The translations under genes and the position numbers were made by a program. The notes under the pieces are model-generated. The model worked only from the letters and a program-made list of their open reading frames with translations. It did no database searches and was not told where the DNA came from. A stretch of 64,000 nucleotides of DNA from a virus (taxonomy: Duplodnaviria; Caudoviricetes). How positions within the stretch are numbered: the stretch's first letter is position 1; each line of letters starts with the position of its first letter. Below, piece after piece: positions 25,709 through 36,960 of the stretch. The DNA lies in IMG/VR virus record IMGVR_UViG_3300025267_002170, one strand, 5' to 3'.

Positions 25709-28700
25709 GACTAAAGTTGACAGTTACGTTAAAGTTGAGAAGCACTACAAGGAAGATAAGCCTTACTACCTTATCAAGCTGTTTGCTAAGAACCCAGACG
25801 AGGGACGTTTGGGTACACACAAGCACTTCCCCCTTCGTTATGAAACAGGAGACAAGATGGTTGCCGATACTTATGCCCATAAGGTTGGCAAGTGTCTGGA
25901 GATTCCAGTGGTACATTAAATGAGCGTAGATTATTATCGTATGGACCCAGCTTTTGATGGAAACAACTACCCCGAATCTGGTACTATTGGCTATGATGGC
26001 AGAGGCTGGTACTATTTTTATGGTGGTCAGTTGTGGGGTCCATTCAATAGCGAAGAAGAGGCTATTGCTAGAAAAAACGAAACCTCGTCAGACTAATTTC
26101 AAGTATGTTTACTCGCAGGCAGAAAATGTCTAGGCTAACGTACCCTTGTGTTTCTACTTAGTCTGGCGGGGTTTTTCTACATTGAAGGAGTTAATTATGG
26201 TTCACAAGACAAAAGTTGCACTTAGAGGTCTTAAGTCACAGGTTGTAACAACGGGGTACGGTATGCGAGAGATGAAGTCTAAGATTACTAACAGTCAAGG
26301 TAATTATGTGGGTTCTTTTACAACCAGTGGGGTTGGTCTTGAAGAGCATAGAAGAAGGCTAAAGGCTATTGCGAAAACTACGGTAAAGTCAATTAAGGGT
26401 GGCCACGAGAAGTAAAATGTCCTATATCGAAGTAACATGTATGGAATGCGCCTGTCAATATGTTCAGCAAACAGACCCTTTGGGCAACTACTACCCTATC
26501 AACGTATATATGTGTGGATATTGTAGCTCAAGAAACCTTCACAAAAGGGAACTAAGTGATGAACAGGCGAAAGAACTTATTGACGTACCATTACGAGAAG
26601 GCTATTAATTGCCTGTATGGGAAGAATAAGTTTATAGTGGTAAAAGGTAATCCAATTGAAGGATATAGGTTTGTGGGACCATTTAGCCACTTCGACGATG
26701 CTCTTAAGAGAAAAGGAGATGGCTATGTCGCTGAACTTTCTAAGGAAGATAATGATGAGTGAACCATTGTTTGATGATTGGGATGACTTTATGGATGCTG
26801 TTGATAAATTAGAGGACAAAGACATCGTTGAAAGATTTACTAACGAAGACGGAGAAATCAGTCTTAGGCTCACAGAGTCAGGTAAACAAATGGCTGAAAT
26901 GTTGGATATTAAAGAGTTAGCCAAAGAGGATATGGGTGTTGAGAAGTATCGTAAGTCTGAGAATGCAAGAGCTATACGTTACAAAAACAGGCTTGGTTAG
27001 AGGAGTTGATTATGCCTTTATCAAATGAAGAATTTAGAAGGAAGGGTTGGCGCGCCTGTCCTAAGTGCGGTTGTGAAGGAGACGTATCTTGGGTTCCATA
27101 TAACGATGACCCTAGAGATGTATTTCTTAGAGATGAAGAGTATGGCCACTGTGTAGATACATGTAAGGATTGTGGCGCAGAGTGGTTATGCCAATATGCT
27201 GTCACAGGCTATATTCTTATGCCAGAAGACTGGAAATAACTATGAGTGATAAAGGGTTTGGGCCAGTATTGACACGAAAACGCTATAAACAAATCTACGG
27301 AACTCTTAGTCTGCCACAAATCAATGCCATCTGTATCGCCTACGGAGAAGGTGGCGATAAGACTAAGAAAGAATTGAGCGATGCTTTTCCTTGGCTAGCG
27401 GTAACTTATTTTCTTATTGAAAAGGATTGAAGATGAGTAAGTATTACGAGATTCCATGCAGTTGGGAAGTTTATGGGACTCTTGAGGTTGAGGCTAATAG
27501 TCTGGAAGAGGCTATTGAACTGGCAGAAAGAGATGACTCTCCTATGCCTGATGATTCTGATTATGTTGATGGTAGCTTTCAGATTGATAGAGATATTGCA
27601 GAGGAGTTGAATAAAGATGAGTGAGTTAGACTACAAAACAGCACAGTGCGAAGTATGCGAAGAAGAAATGCACGAGGGCAGGACAATAGTTCTTAGTGTC
27701 CCCGGTGTACCTTGGTCTTCTAGGTTTTGTCATAGATGTAGAAAAACTGGTGCTATTCCATATCACCTACTGGTAGCTAATACTCAATGTATTGGTGGTT
27801 ATGACCAGTCTGCTGATTGGTGGAGAGTTATTATTGATGCTACCCTAAACCATTTGGGTATTACAATGAAACAGTTTTTGAAAGAAGTTGAAGATGACGA
27901 ATCCAAATAGGATAATGACTTTGATTAAAAAGCACCCTAATGTCCCCGGTAATGATGGTTGGTATCTCCAAATCCACCCAGATTTGATTAAAAAGCTAGG
28001 TTGGAATAAGCCTACAACTCTGGTGGTCATGGAAGTTAAGGATAATAAGCTGTTTGTGGAGAAGGTTCAAGATGGGCAATAAAGATGAGTCCAGAGTCTA
28101 TTATAGACAAGGCACAGAAGTTTATGTAGAAGGTAAAAGTCAACCGAAGTTTGTTTGTAGTTGCGATAACATTGAGATGGCTGATTATATTGTTAAGCGT
28201 TTAATGGGAGATTGAAGATGAGTGACACTCCAATGTGTACATGGTGTGCAAGTACGGAACATACTTTGGTTGACTGTCCAATAGCACCTAAACCGGGGGT
28301 AGATTTTGTTTTTGATGATGCTGCACATGCTGAAGGGTTGGAGTTGGTAGATAGATTTAGGAAGATGGAAAAGGGGATTAAAGATGAGTGACCACTCACC
28401 GAACACACCTCGCCTAACAAGTGAACAAGTTGATGCTATTACTTACGCCTATATGGATGTATGTGCAACCGACAAAGTTATCAATGATGACAGTTGGGAC
28501 CATAGAGCAATCGCAGAAGTAGGCGAAGCTGTTGTTCAAACTAAGGCTGACCTAGAGAAAGCGTTTCCATTTTTGATTGAGGGAGTTGAAGATGAGTGAT
28601 AGTGTTTATGGAACAAAGGTTATGTTAGGGTCTATTGACAAACTAATCTGTGATGCTCTGCAAGAAATTGCACCTGATGAAAGTACCACAGTAGAAGCAT

Positions 28701-28867
28701 ACGAAAAAGCTATCACACCTACAAGGAAGGCTGTTGTAGCTCTTAAGGATGCTCTAGCTTTTGTTAAGCAGATTAAAGAAAAGTATGCCCATGTTGAATG
28801 CCCACAGATAGGGTTCTCGGATGAGGACTATAACGAAATGCTTGGCTCTGATGATAACCGTCCATAG
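25701..28867 (+). other. Dense run of short co-oriented hypothetical phage ORFs
   Basis: Overlapping ATGA/TAATG junctions, e.g. 25701-25919, 25920-26096, 26197-26415, 26417-26608, 26752-27000, 27006-27239, 27242-27430, 27433-27624, 27617-27910, 27888-28082, 28384-28599, 28592-28867; several CxxC pairs. Confidence 0.7.
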
Positions 28868-29050
28868 AGGAAAATAGATATGAGTGTTAAAGAACCTATT
28901 TACGGTCAGACTGTGTGTGAAGAATGTGCTAAGTGGACACAAGTTGCTTATAAATGCTATGTTCCTGCGCCACATACAGACTACCTAGCATTTGTACCAG
29001 CAACTAACGTAGTCTATAAGTGTTACGAGTGTACGTTTGGAGATAGTTAG

Positions 29051-30037
29051 ATGATGCTTCACAAGGGAAATGCCCTCTATAATGTTTCATCATGGTCAGA
29101 CGATAGAGAAAATGTGTACCATGTACGCTTGAATCACCAAAAGAGACCATATAACATTCTCGATGCTCAAACAATGTCTGAGCTTGACTATATCTTAGAA
29201 AACTTTATTATAAACACAAAGTATAGTTATGGATATCCAGAAACGAAGGGGTATAGAGGTGTAATATTTAGCAGCGGTAAGTCAACATTTATCTCTGGGG
29301 CAGACGTTAAAGAAATTGCCGGGGCATATGAAGCACCAGAAGAACTAATTGACTACACGCTAAAGAGGGGGCAAAGTCTCTTTAACAGGATTGAAGACCT
29401 TAAGATTCCAACAGTAGCAATAATTAATGGTCTTACTATGGGTGGAGGTCTGGAACTTGCCCTCGCCTGTACCTCAAGAATTATGGTAGGGCAAGAAGCG
29501 TTTGTTGGTGAAGAGTATTCTCCAATTCCCAAACCTAAACTTGCCCTTCCAGAAGTAAAACTAGGAGTGGTTCCTTCTTGGGGAGGGACAACTCGCCTTC
29601 CTAGAATTATATCACCAATAAAAGCTATGGATATTATTTGTTCTGGTAGAAACGTGTATCCAGAGGAAGCACTAAAAATAGGTCTAGTAGATAAAATAAT
29701 ATCCAGACGATTAGCATATGAAGAGGCATATAATATAATAGACAGCATTGACCACGAAATGGTTAGAGAAAGTAAATTTCTGCCAGCAGAAATCTCTAAA
29801 TGGAAAATGTGTGCTGTTGGTAAGGTAATGAAGTTTTTGGTTGGCAGAAAACAAAAGAAGATGTTTGGTAGTCGAGACAAATACCCATCACCGTACAGGG
29901 CGATTGAATTACTTAAAAAGTCTTTGAGTCTAACCAGAGGTGGCTCATTAGACCTCGAAAGAGAGGCTTTTATAGAACTGGTTAAGACAGAAGAAAGCCG
30001 GGAGTTGGTGGGAAGGTTTTTAAGCGGAGAGAGATAG
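29051..30037 (+). CDS. Enoyl-CoA hydratase (FadB/FadJ N-terminal-like, stand-alone)
   Basis: FISGADV, GGGLELALAC, LPEVKLGVVPSWGGTTRLPR. Confidence 0.9.
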   Translation: MMLHKGNALYNVSSWSDDRENVYHVRLNHQKRPYNILDAQTMSELDYILENFIINTKYSYGYPETKGYRGVIFSSGKSTFISGADVKEIAGAYEAPEELIDYTLKRGQSLFNRIEDLKIPTVAIINGLTMGGGLELALACTSRIMVGQEAFVGEEYSPIPKPKLALPEVKLGVVPSWGGTTRLPRIISPIKAMDIICSGRNVYPEEALKIGLVDKIISRRLAYEEAYNIIDSIDHEMVRESKFLPAEISKWKMCAVGKVMKFLVGRKQKKMFGSRDKYPSPYRAIELLKKSLSLTRGGSLDLEREAFIELVKTEESRELVGRFLSGER

Positions 30038-30074
30038 TGCTAATACCGAAAGTTAAAAAAGAAACTGATGAGCT

Positions 30075-30425
30075 ATGAGTAGTCAGGCAACAAGAGAGTG
30101 CTGGTATAAATACATCAGACTAACTGAAGAAGAAAAGCAAGGCTTTAGGGATAAGTTAAACTTGATAGAGAAGAAAGAGTGGGACCATATTGAATACGCC
30201 ACAACAGAAGACAGAGAAGAAGGTTGGTACTTTTGGGATGAGGTTATGTATAACTCCTACGGACCATATAAAACAGAAGAAGAAGCAAGAAAAGAGATTA
30301 AAAAATACTGTGCAGAAGAATTAGGTATAGATATTCCTTCAAGCGACGGGGTTGCTGAAAAACCTAAGTTTACATTGGACGACTTAAAAGAATTGTCCAA
30401 GGAGATTCAGCAAAGTAGCGAATGA
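30075..30425 (+). CDS. Hypothetical protein (GWYFWDE...GPYKTEEEA)
   Basis: Operon packing. Confidence 0.65.
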   Translation: MSSQATRECWYKYIRLTEEEKQGFRDKLNLIEKKEWDHIEYATTEDREEGWYFWDEVMYNSYGPYKTEEEARKEIKKYCAEELGIDIPSSDGVAEKPKFTLDDLKELSKEIQQSSE

Positions 30426-31219
30426 GCATAATAAAGCCGATAGTTAAAAAACTATCACACAAATACATAGCAGGAGATTACTTTTCAGACGCCGAAGAAA
30501 TAGTAGAAAAGTTAAACTTTAAAGGCGTTTGGGGAATCTATAATCTTCTTGGAGAATCCTCTTCCAGTAGTGAAAGTCTACAAGGCTATATGGATTTGGT
30601 AAACCAATCGGGTTCGATGTTATCATCGATATCTATAAAACTATCCAATATAGACTGTAATAAAGATTTTCTGATACAGATTGCCGAAAGGGCAGACCAC
30701 TATTGTCAGCAATTAAGCGTAGACATGGAGGGGATGAGTAAGATTGACGAGACTATTCAAATAGTAAGAGAAGTAAACGAAAGTTATCCAGTTGGATGTG
30801 TTCTTCAAGCTAATATGAACAGTAGTCTGGAGTATTCTAAAACACTGGAAAATATGCACGTCAGAGTTTGTAAAGGTGCTTACTATGGCGACATACAAAG
30901 AGATAAGAAGATTAGACGTAATTTTAACAGAATAGCTAGTAGGCTCTTGAGAAATGGTTGCAGGGTTGCTTTAGCTACTCACGACCTAAGACTTGCAAAA
31001 CAGTGGTTGGGAGATGATGTAGAGTATCAATTTCTTTATGGTATAAAGCACGTTATTCCTTTCATCGAAAAAGTTAAGGAAGAACACAAAATCTCAGTGT
31101 ATATACCGTTCGGTAAAAATTGGTACGAATATTCCTTAAGGAGAATTGATGAAAATCCATTCTTAATGTTTACAGTTGCAAAAGACGTGATAAGAGAATG
31201 GTTGAAACAAAAGAAATAG
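30422..31219 (+). CDS. Monofunctional proline dehydrogenase
   Basis: YIAG, LLGE, SIKLS, VDME, VLQA, VRVCKGAY, ATHD, EYQFLYG, VYIPFG..WY.Y..RRI.ENP. Confidence 0.9.
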   Translation: MSIIKPIVKKLSHKYIAGDYFSDAEEIVEKLNFKGVWGIYNLLGESSSSSESLQGYMDLVNQSGSMLSSISIKLSNIDCNKDFLIQIAERADHYCQQLSVDMEGMSKIDETIQIVREVNESYPVGCVLQANMNSSLEYSKTLENMHVRVCKGAYYGDIQRDKKIRRNFNRIASRLLRNGCRVALATHDLRLAKQWLGDDVEYQFLYGIKHVIPFIEKVKEEHKISVYIPFGKNWYEYSLRRIDENPFLMFTVAKDVIREWLKQKK

Positions 31220-31409
31220 CAATAATACATTTAATGTATAGAAGAAACTTGGATGGAATTATATCATTCTACACTGTTCCTGTAGATATAAGAAGAAATT
31301 GGATAACAAAGTCTCTGGTATACTTTATGGCAGAGACCGTAAAGGAACTTAACAGCCTAGTAGGTTGGGAGTTTGTATGCTACTATTATAATGAATATAG
31401 GGATAAGAC

Positions 31410-32057
31410 ATGAGAAGCAAAATAAGATTAGATGAAATTAGTCAAGAGTCAGTAGATAGCGTAAAAGAATCTTTCAATAGGCTTCCTAAGACTAATCATT
31501 TGGATGGGCAATACAGGCTAAGAAGATACTCAAGAGTAAAGATAAACGAAACTTATGAGTTTTCTTATTTCAAACTTCCTCAACAGGAATTCAACCAGTC
31601 TAAAGATTACAATAAACATCAAGGGGGAATGTCTAGGACATTTGAAGACATAGAAGACGATGTAGTAAGAAGCGTGGGAATGTTAGAAATGTGCGATAAA
31701 TTTCTGGAGTCTGGAGGGTTTTCTGCCGATAATGAAATTGAGGTCCACCAGATGAGAATTATAACTTCAGGAGAAGTAACTCGAACTCAAGTTAGTCCAG
31801 AGGGAATACATCAGGATGGGTATGATTTTATCGCAATAGTGGGAATAGACAGATACAACATATCCGGGGGAAATGCTCTAGTATACAAAACTTATGGAGG
31901 AAAGCAGATATTTGATTGTCCTCTGCAACCAAAAGAAATGCTTATGATTAACGATAGACAGTTATGGCATAATGCAGGGACTATTGCGAAACTTGACCAA
32001 GACAAACAGGGTTACATGGACGCATTTATTCTAACCGCAAGGAATAATAATGGCTGA
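31410..32057 (+). CDS. 2OG-Fe(II) dioxygenase (2OG-Fe_Oxy_2-like)
   Basis: R.RRYS, HQMRI, PEGIHQDG, WH. Confidence 0.85.
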   Translation: MRSKIRLDEISQESVDSVKESFNRLPKTNHLDGQYRLRRYSRVKINETYEFSYFKLPQQEFNQSKDYNKHQGGMSRTFEDIEDDVVRSVGMLEMCDKFLESGGFSADNEIEVHQMRIITSGEVTRTQVSPEGIHQDGYDFIAIVGIDRYNISGGNALVYKTYGGKQIFDCPLQPKEMLMINDRQLWHNAGTIAKLDQDKQGYMDAFILTARNNNG

Positions 32058-32247
32058 CTTTTGTCAAGAATGCCACGACCAGTTGCTTGGACATGATATC
32101 GAGTGTGGATTAGCTGGATTAATTTCAGAAGAAAAAGTAAATCAGGGATATGTAGTAAATGTCCTGTGTGAAAGTTGTGGTTTTATTCAAGTAGACCACA
32201 ACGGTAAGAAAGTTCCTTGGTTAGATGAGAATAAAAGTAGGAAATAA
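32050..32247 (+). CDS. Small Cys-rich protein
   Basis: MADFCQEC...LCESCG..QVDHNG. Confidence 0.65.
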   Translation: MADFCQECHDQLLGHDIECGLAGLISEEKVNQGYVVNVLCESCGFIQVDHNGKKVPWLDENKSRK

Positions 32248-32497
32248 ATATTGGAACCTAGTATTCATTGAGCTAGATGAGACTACTGGTGGAGAGTGTG
32301 ACTCTCCAGACACTAAGGGAAAAGAGATAAGAATATCAACAGATTTGCAGCGTGAAGAAGAACTAGAGGTAGTCATTCATGAACTCCTACACGCATCAGA
32401 TTGGTCTAAGGACGAAGAGTGGGTTGAAGAAATAGCCCAAGACATATCTAATGTACTAATGAGACTAGGATGGAAAAAGAATGGAACCAAAACCTAA
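32225..32497 (+). CDS. HExxH metallopeptidase-like protein
   Basis: IHELLHA. Confidence 0.65.
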   Translation: MRIKVGNKYWNLVFIELDETTGGECDSPDTKGKEIRISTDLQREEELEVVIHELLHASDWSKDEEWVEEIAQDISNVLMRLGWKKNGTKT

Positions 32498-32900
32498 AAT
32501 CGGATTCACCTGCTCCTGTTTTGACTTGCTTCACGCAGGGCATGTCGCTATGCTGGAGGAGGCTAAGAACAATTGCGAACATTTGATAGTCGGGTTGCAA
32601 ATAGACCCGAGCCTAGAAAGGGATGGGAAAAGTAAACCCATACAGTCTCTAGTAGAAAGGCAGATACAGCTACGAGCCTGTAAATATGTTGACGAGATTA
32701 TAGTATACAAAACAGAAAAAGATTTAAAGACAATACTAAAAACGCTACCAATAAACATAAGATTCTTAGGAGAGGAATATACAATAGAGAACTTTACTGG
32801 AAAGAAACTGTGTAAAGAAAAAAGGATACGAATCTACTACAACAAGAGAAGGCATAAGTTTTCGTCTTCTGAATTGAAGGAAAGGATTAAAGATGTCTAG
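32481..32900 (+). CDS. Cytidylyltransferase (TagD-like)
   Basis: FDLLHAGH, KYVDEI, SSSELK. Confidence 0.9.
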   Translation: MEPKPKIGFTCSCFDLLHAGHVAMLEEAKNNCEHLIVGLQIDPSLERDGKSKPIQSLVERQIQLRACKYVDEIIVYKTEKDLKTILKTLPINIRFLGEEYTIENFTGKKLCKEKRIRIYYNKRRHKFSSSELKERIKDV

Positions 32901-33486
32901 ATTTGATGCTCCTGTTGAGGAAAGAACTCTCCATAATTACATTGACGAAGCTAGGTCAATGATTGGGAGGTGGGGTCAGATGTGGATGCTAACAGATGAT
33001 GACGTTATCGCAAACGTAGCAAATGCCATTATGAGAGCAGAACACGACTTCGACCCAACGAGAGGATGTAAGAGGGTGACGCTTAGGTGTACCTACGGAC
33101 GTAGGGCTATCATTAAAGAGTTTAGAACCCTTAACAGACTATCAAAAAGACCAACACATTTTTCTATAGATGTAGAACGGATTGGAAACGACGGTCGTGT
33201 ATATTCAAACGCAGCAAAAGAAATAGAAGACCACAGAGAATCGATAGAAGAGTACATCAACAAAAAGGAAGAGGCCACTAAACAGAAAAGAATAGCTCAA
33301 AAGGTTCTTAAGAACAAGTGTCTTACAGAAAAGCAGAGAAAATATCTAAAGATGCACTACCTTAAAGGAAAGAGCGTAAGAGAGATAGCTCAAATTAGGG
33401 GATGTAGCAAGCAGGCAGTTAGTCAGGTTCTTCAAGGGGGTCTATCTAGCCTGCAAAAAACATTCGTAGGAAAGGCGGTAGCATAA
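32893..33486 (+). CDS. Sigma70-like sigma factor
   Basis: FDPTRG in region 2; region-4 HTH LTEKQ...SVREIAQIRGCSKQAVSQ. Confidence 0.8.
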   Translation: MSRFDAPVEERTLHNYIDEARSMIGRWGQMWMLTDDDVIANVANAIMRAEHDFDPTRGCKRVTLRCTYGRRAIIKEFRTLNRLSKRPTHFSIDVERIGNDGRVYSNAAKEIEDHRESIEEYINKKEEATKQKRIAQKVLKNKCLTEKQRKYLKMHYLKGKSVREIAQIRGCSKQAVSQVLQGGLSSLQKTFVGKAVA

Positions 33487-33899
33487 TGAAAACCATAGCT
33501 TTGAGCGGTGGGTTCGACCCGGTACACATCGGACATTTGAGAATGATGCAGGAGGCGTCTACTTTTGGTAGAGTTATTATTATTCTCAATAGTGACGAGT
33601 GGTTAATTTCTAAGAAGGGGTATATGTTTATGACTTATGATGAGAGAAAGGAAATTCTTGAAGGACTTTCTTGCGTCTCGGAAGTAGTGTCAGTAGACGA
33701 CTCAGATAGCACAGTATGTGAAACAATTGAGAGACTAAGACCTGACTACTTCGGTAATGGTGGAGACAGAAAGAATGATAATGTTCCAGAAGTTGAGCTA
33801 TGTGAAAGGTTGGGAGTTAAATTAGTCTGGAACCTTGGTGGACCCAAGATTCAATCGTCTAGTGATTTAGTTGATTCACAACAAGAGCTAAAAAAGTGA
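33486..33899 (+). CDS. Cytidylyltransferase-like nucleotidyltransferase
   Basis: SGGFDPVHIGH, NGGDR, KIQSSS. Confidence 0.9.
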   Translation: MKTIALSGGFDPVHIGHLRMMQEASTFGRVIIILNSDEWLISKKGYMFMTYDERKEILEGLSCVSEVVSVDDSDSTVCETIERLRPDYFGNGGDRKNDNVPEVELCERLGVKLVWNLGGPKIQSSSDLVDSQQELKK

Positions 33900-33909
33900 A
33901 ATTTTGTTC

Positions 33910-33937
33910 TTGACACACGCCAACCCTCTGTTAAAAT
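33910..33937 (+). promoter_or_regulatory. Sigma70-type promoter of rIIA
   Basis: TTGACA-16-TAAAAT. Confidence 0.65.
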
Positions 33938-33975
33938 TGGTGCAGGACCGGATAACTCTTTGAAAGGATGGTACT

Positions 33976-36120
33976 ATGAAGTTGCAAGGCAAGGTCAACG
34001 TAATCGAAAGGTCGTCGGATTTTGAGCAGTCTAACTATACAATAGAAGCGACTGCCAAAGCATTCTCAATTCTTTCCGACCAATTATACTCGAACAAGGT
34101 TCGGGCAGTAGTTAGGGAGCTAAGTACAAATGCGTATGATTCTCATGTTGATGCTGGAAATGGGGACAAGCAATTTGAAGTCCATCTTCCCTCGAACATG
34201 GAACCTACTTTTTCAGTTAGAGACTACGGAACAGGACTCTCACATAGCGACTGTATGCACCTCTATACAACATACTTTCGCAGCAATCGAACCGATAGTA
34301 ACGAAGCAGTTGGATGTATGGGTCTAGGGAGCAAGTCTCCTTTCGCATACAGCGATAGCTTCACTGTCGAGTCATTCTTTAACGGTGAGCATCGAACCTA
34401 TACCGCTTATAAGAATGAAGAAGACGAACCCGTCTTTGCCCTTCTAAACACTCAGGCTACCTCTGAGCCTAATGGGTTGAAGGTTAGCTTCCCCGTTAAG
34501 TGTGAAGGTTACAACAACGATGTTCAGGAGTTTATAGACGAGGCAGAAGACCTCTATAAGTGGTTTAAGGTCGCTCCGAAGATTGCTGGTCAGTCTATCG
34601 AGATTGTGCCGGAAAGCTATATCATCGAAGGTGATGGTTGGGCTGTTCGTAAAATTGATAGGCATGCTGATTACCATGCCGTTGCTATTATGGGACAGGT
34701 TGCCTATCCTATTGACCGAGATAACTTTGACGACGACAAAAAAACTCGTGAAATCCTAAACACTAATATTACTATTCAGTTTGATATTGGCGAACTGAAT
34801 ATTACTCCGTCTCGTGAGTCTCTCAGTTACAACAAGCACACTAAAGAATCTATCGTTAGAAAGTGTGCTGAGATTAAAGAAAAGGCTCAACGTGTAGCTG
34901 AAGAATCTATCTCAGAGGCAGCTACTCTCTGGGATGCTAGAGTTGCTCATGTTAATCTTACTAGGCATAATGGGTTGCTTGGTGGACTCTCTAGTGTAAT
35001 TGAGGCTACAGATATTAAGTGGAACAGCACTGACCTGTTTGACAACCAGTTTAGTCAGATTTATATTGGGGACATTGAAGGTCTCGTTGTTAGAGTTTAC
35101 TACAGGGATGGTTGGAAGAAAGCAGTTCAAACAGACTCTGTTACAAAGCTGCGGATAGACCCTAGTGCCGTCATCTTTGTTGACGACCTTAAGCGCGGCG
35201 GAATCAGTCGCATTAAGAACCATGTTAAAGAGAATACCACTAGCGGTAGGTATGAACATGGTGATAGTAAGTTTAAGGTTTACAAGGTAAATGGTACTGA
35301 CGAGGCTATTGCTGAGTTCCGAGAACTGGTGGGGTGTGATGAAAGTCACATCAGTAAGACCTCAGACCTTGATAAACCCATTAGCAACAGGTATTACGAT
35401 TCGTCAGAAAGACGTACCAGCGTTGTCAGATGGAACGGTGGGACTCGTAGCTGGAAGAAGGGTGGCAACTGGTCTGATGTTGATATTGACCTTAACGACG
35501 GTGGTTATTTCGTAAGGATTGACCGCTACGAACTTAGCCAAACGCATGGAATGTATCCTGACCTCGATACTCTTGGTCAAGTCGTAGACCATCTTATTGC
35601 TCTTGGTTACGACATTGATAAGGATAAGATTTACGGCATCAAGAATGTCGTTGCTAATAGAGCCAGCTTCGATAAGCTGAGTCGCCTCGAAGGTAAGTGG
35701 GTTGATATTACTCAACTTGCCCAAAAAGTGGCTAACAGTATTAGCGAAGAAGATAAGCAACTTATTGAAGACAGGATGTCTGTCAGGGATATGTTTGACA
35801 ATCTTGAGGTAGACATTAAAGAGCTTAAGAAAGTTTCTCGAAAGACTGCTACCGAAAATAATGGTCTTAAACAGATTGTTGCTCTTAAAGATTACTATGA
35901 TAAGCAACAGGAAGAGAAGAAGGCAGAAGATATTTATCAACTGTGCAGGATTTATAGAACCCTGCCTGACAAGGTTGAGAATAAGCACTCGTCCCACCTT
36001 GAAGCGTGCCTTGATAAGTACCCCCTGATTAAAATCATGACCAAAAGATATTACGGAATTGAAGAGGATATGGTTGAAGAACTGGCTCGTTATGTTGACC
36101 TTGTTGAGGCTTCATTGTAG
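33976..36120 (+). CDS. rIIA: rIIA-like protein (GHKL ATPase N-terminus)
   Basis: LSDQLYSNK.RAVVRELSTNAYDSH, RDYGTG, GLGSKSPFAY, PSRESLSY. Confidence 0.9.
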   Translation: MKLQGKVNVIERSSDFEQSNYTIEATAKAFSILSDQLYSNKVRAVVRELSTNAYDSHVDAGNGDKQFEVHLPSNMEPTFSVRDYGTGLSHSDCMHLYTTYFRSNRTDSNEAVGCMGLGSKSPFAYSDSFTVESFFNGEHRTYTAYKNEEDEPVFALLNTQATSEPNGLKVSFPVKCEGYNNDVQEFIDEAEDLYKWFKVAPKIAGQSIEIVPESYIIEGDGWAVRKIDRHADYHAVAIMGQVAYPIDRDNFDDDKKTREILNTNITIQFDIGELNITPSRESLSYNKHTKESIVRKCAEIKEKAQRVAEESISEAATLWDARVAHVNLTRHNGLLGGLSSVIEATDIKWNSTDLFDNQFSQIYIGDIEGLVVRVYYRDGWKKAVQTDSVTKLRIDPSAVIFVDDLKRGGISRIKNHVKENTTSGRYEHGDSKFKVYKVNGTDEAIAEFRELVGCDESHISKTSDLDKPISNRYYDSSERRTSVVRWNGGTRSWKKGGNWSDVDIDLNDGGYFVRIDRYELSQTHGMYPDLDTLGQVVDHLIALGYDIDKDKIYGIKNVVANRASFDKLSRLEGKWVDITQLAQKVANSISEEDKQLIEDRMSVRDMFDNLEVDIKELKKVSRKTATENNGLKQIVALKDYYDKQQEEKKAEDIYQLCRIYRTLPDKVENKHSSHLEACLDKYPLIKIMTKRYYGIEEDMVEELARYVDLVEASL

Positions 36121-36176
36121 CTAAACCTGCTAAGTTGGTTGAAAAAAACACAGTGATATTTTGAAGGAGTGAACAA

Positions 36177-36443
36177 GTGGCTAGTTATGTTGCAGGGAAA
36201 GACCTTAAGAGTAACGAAGAACGAATGTTTAACACAAGCGATTCTGACCGCATGAGTAAAAAACGTGTAGTCGAAAAAGTAATAGAAAAAATTCATGGAG
36301 CAAACAGGAGAAGAAAATTAGAAAAGGCATTTAAAAAACTAAGTACAGAAGAACTTGTTACGCTAGGAATGCTTGTAGACCGAGCAATCAAAAAAGAACT
36401 GACGAAAACACTGGACTCTAATTGCAAGGATGTTATCGGATGA
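36177..36443 (+). CDS. Hypothetical protein
   Basis: AAGGAG RBS. Confidence 0.6.
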   Translation: MASYVAGKDLKSNEERMFNTSDSDRMSKKRVVEKVIEKIHGANRRRKLEKAFKKLSTEELVTLGMLVDRAIKKELTKTLDSNCKDVIG

Positions 36444-36883
36444 CCGTTAATTACACTAAAACAACAATCGCACTGGCCGCTGTTATTGCAACTCTGGTAA
36501 ACTATAATATTTACCTACAGTCCAAGACATCAAGGCTTGAACATATGGTTCAGATGTCTGATGCCCGTAGTGGTATCAACCAAGAGTGGGCTGATGAGGT
36601 TACCCACATTATGCTTAATAAGTTGAGCCAAGAAAACGAAGAAGGGATGAGAAATCAAGGTAGGATGGAAGGTATTGTTGAATACCTCACCAATCCGAAG
36701 GACTATCATTCCGTTTGGCACGAGGGCTACCAGCGCGGTCTTAACCAGACTGAAGAAATGGCTAAGATGGAAAAGGGAGAACTGTTCCCTACCGACAAGC
36801 CAATGCCGGTTAAGCCCGATGTTATCAAAAAGCCTGACTTCGATAAGAAAATCGAAAAGGCTCAATCTACTGGTGGTGAATAG
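36440..36883 (+). CDS. Membrane-anchored hypothetical protein
   Basis: N-terminal TM helix; ATGA coupling. Confidence 0.65.
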   Translation: MTVNYTKTTIALAAVIATLVNYNIYLQSKTSRLEHMVQMSDARSGINQEWADEVTHIMLNKLSQENEEGMRNQGRMEGIVEYLTNPKDYHSVWHEGYQRGLNQTEEMAKMEKGELFPTDKPMPVKPDVIKKPDFDKKIEKAQSTGGE

Positions 36884-36960
36884 TAAGTAGGGTGGGATTG
36901 GGAACCCTACTGGAATGTATCTGGTAGGGTTCCCTTTTCTAAATCTAAGAAAGGTTTGAG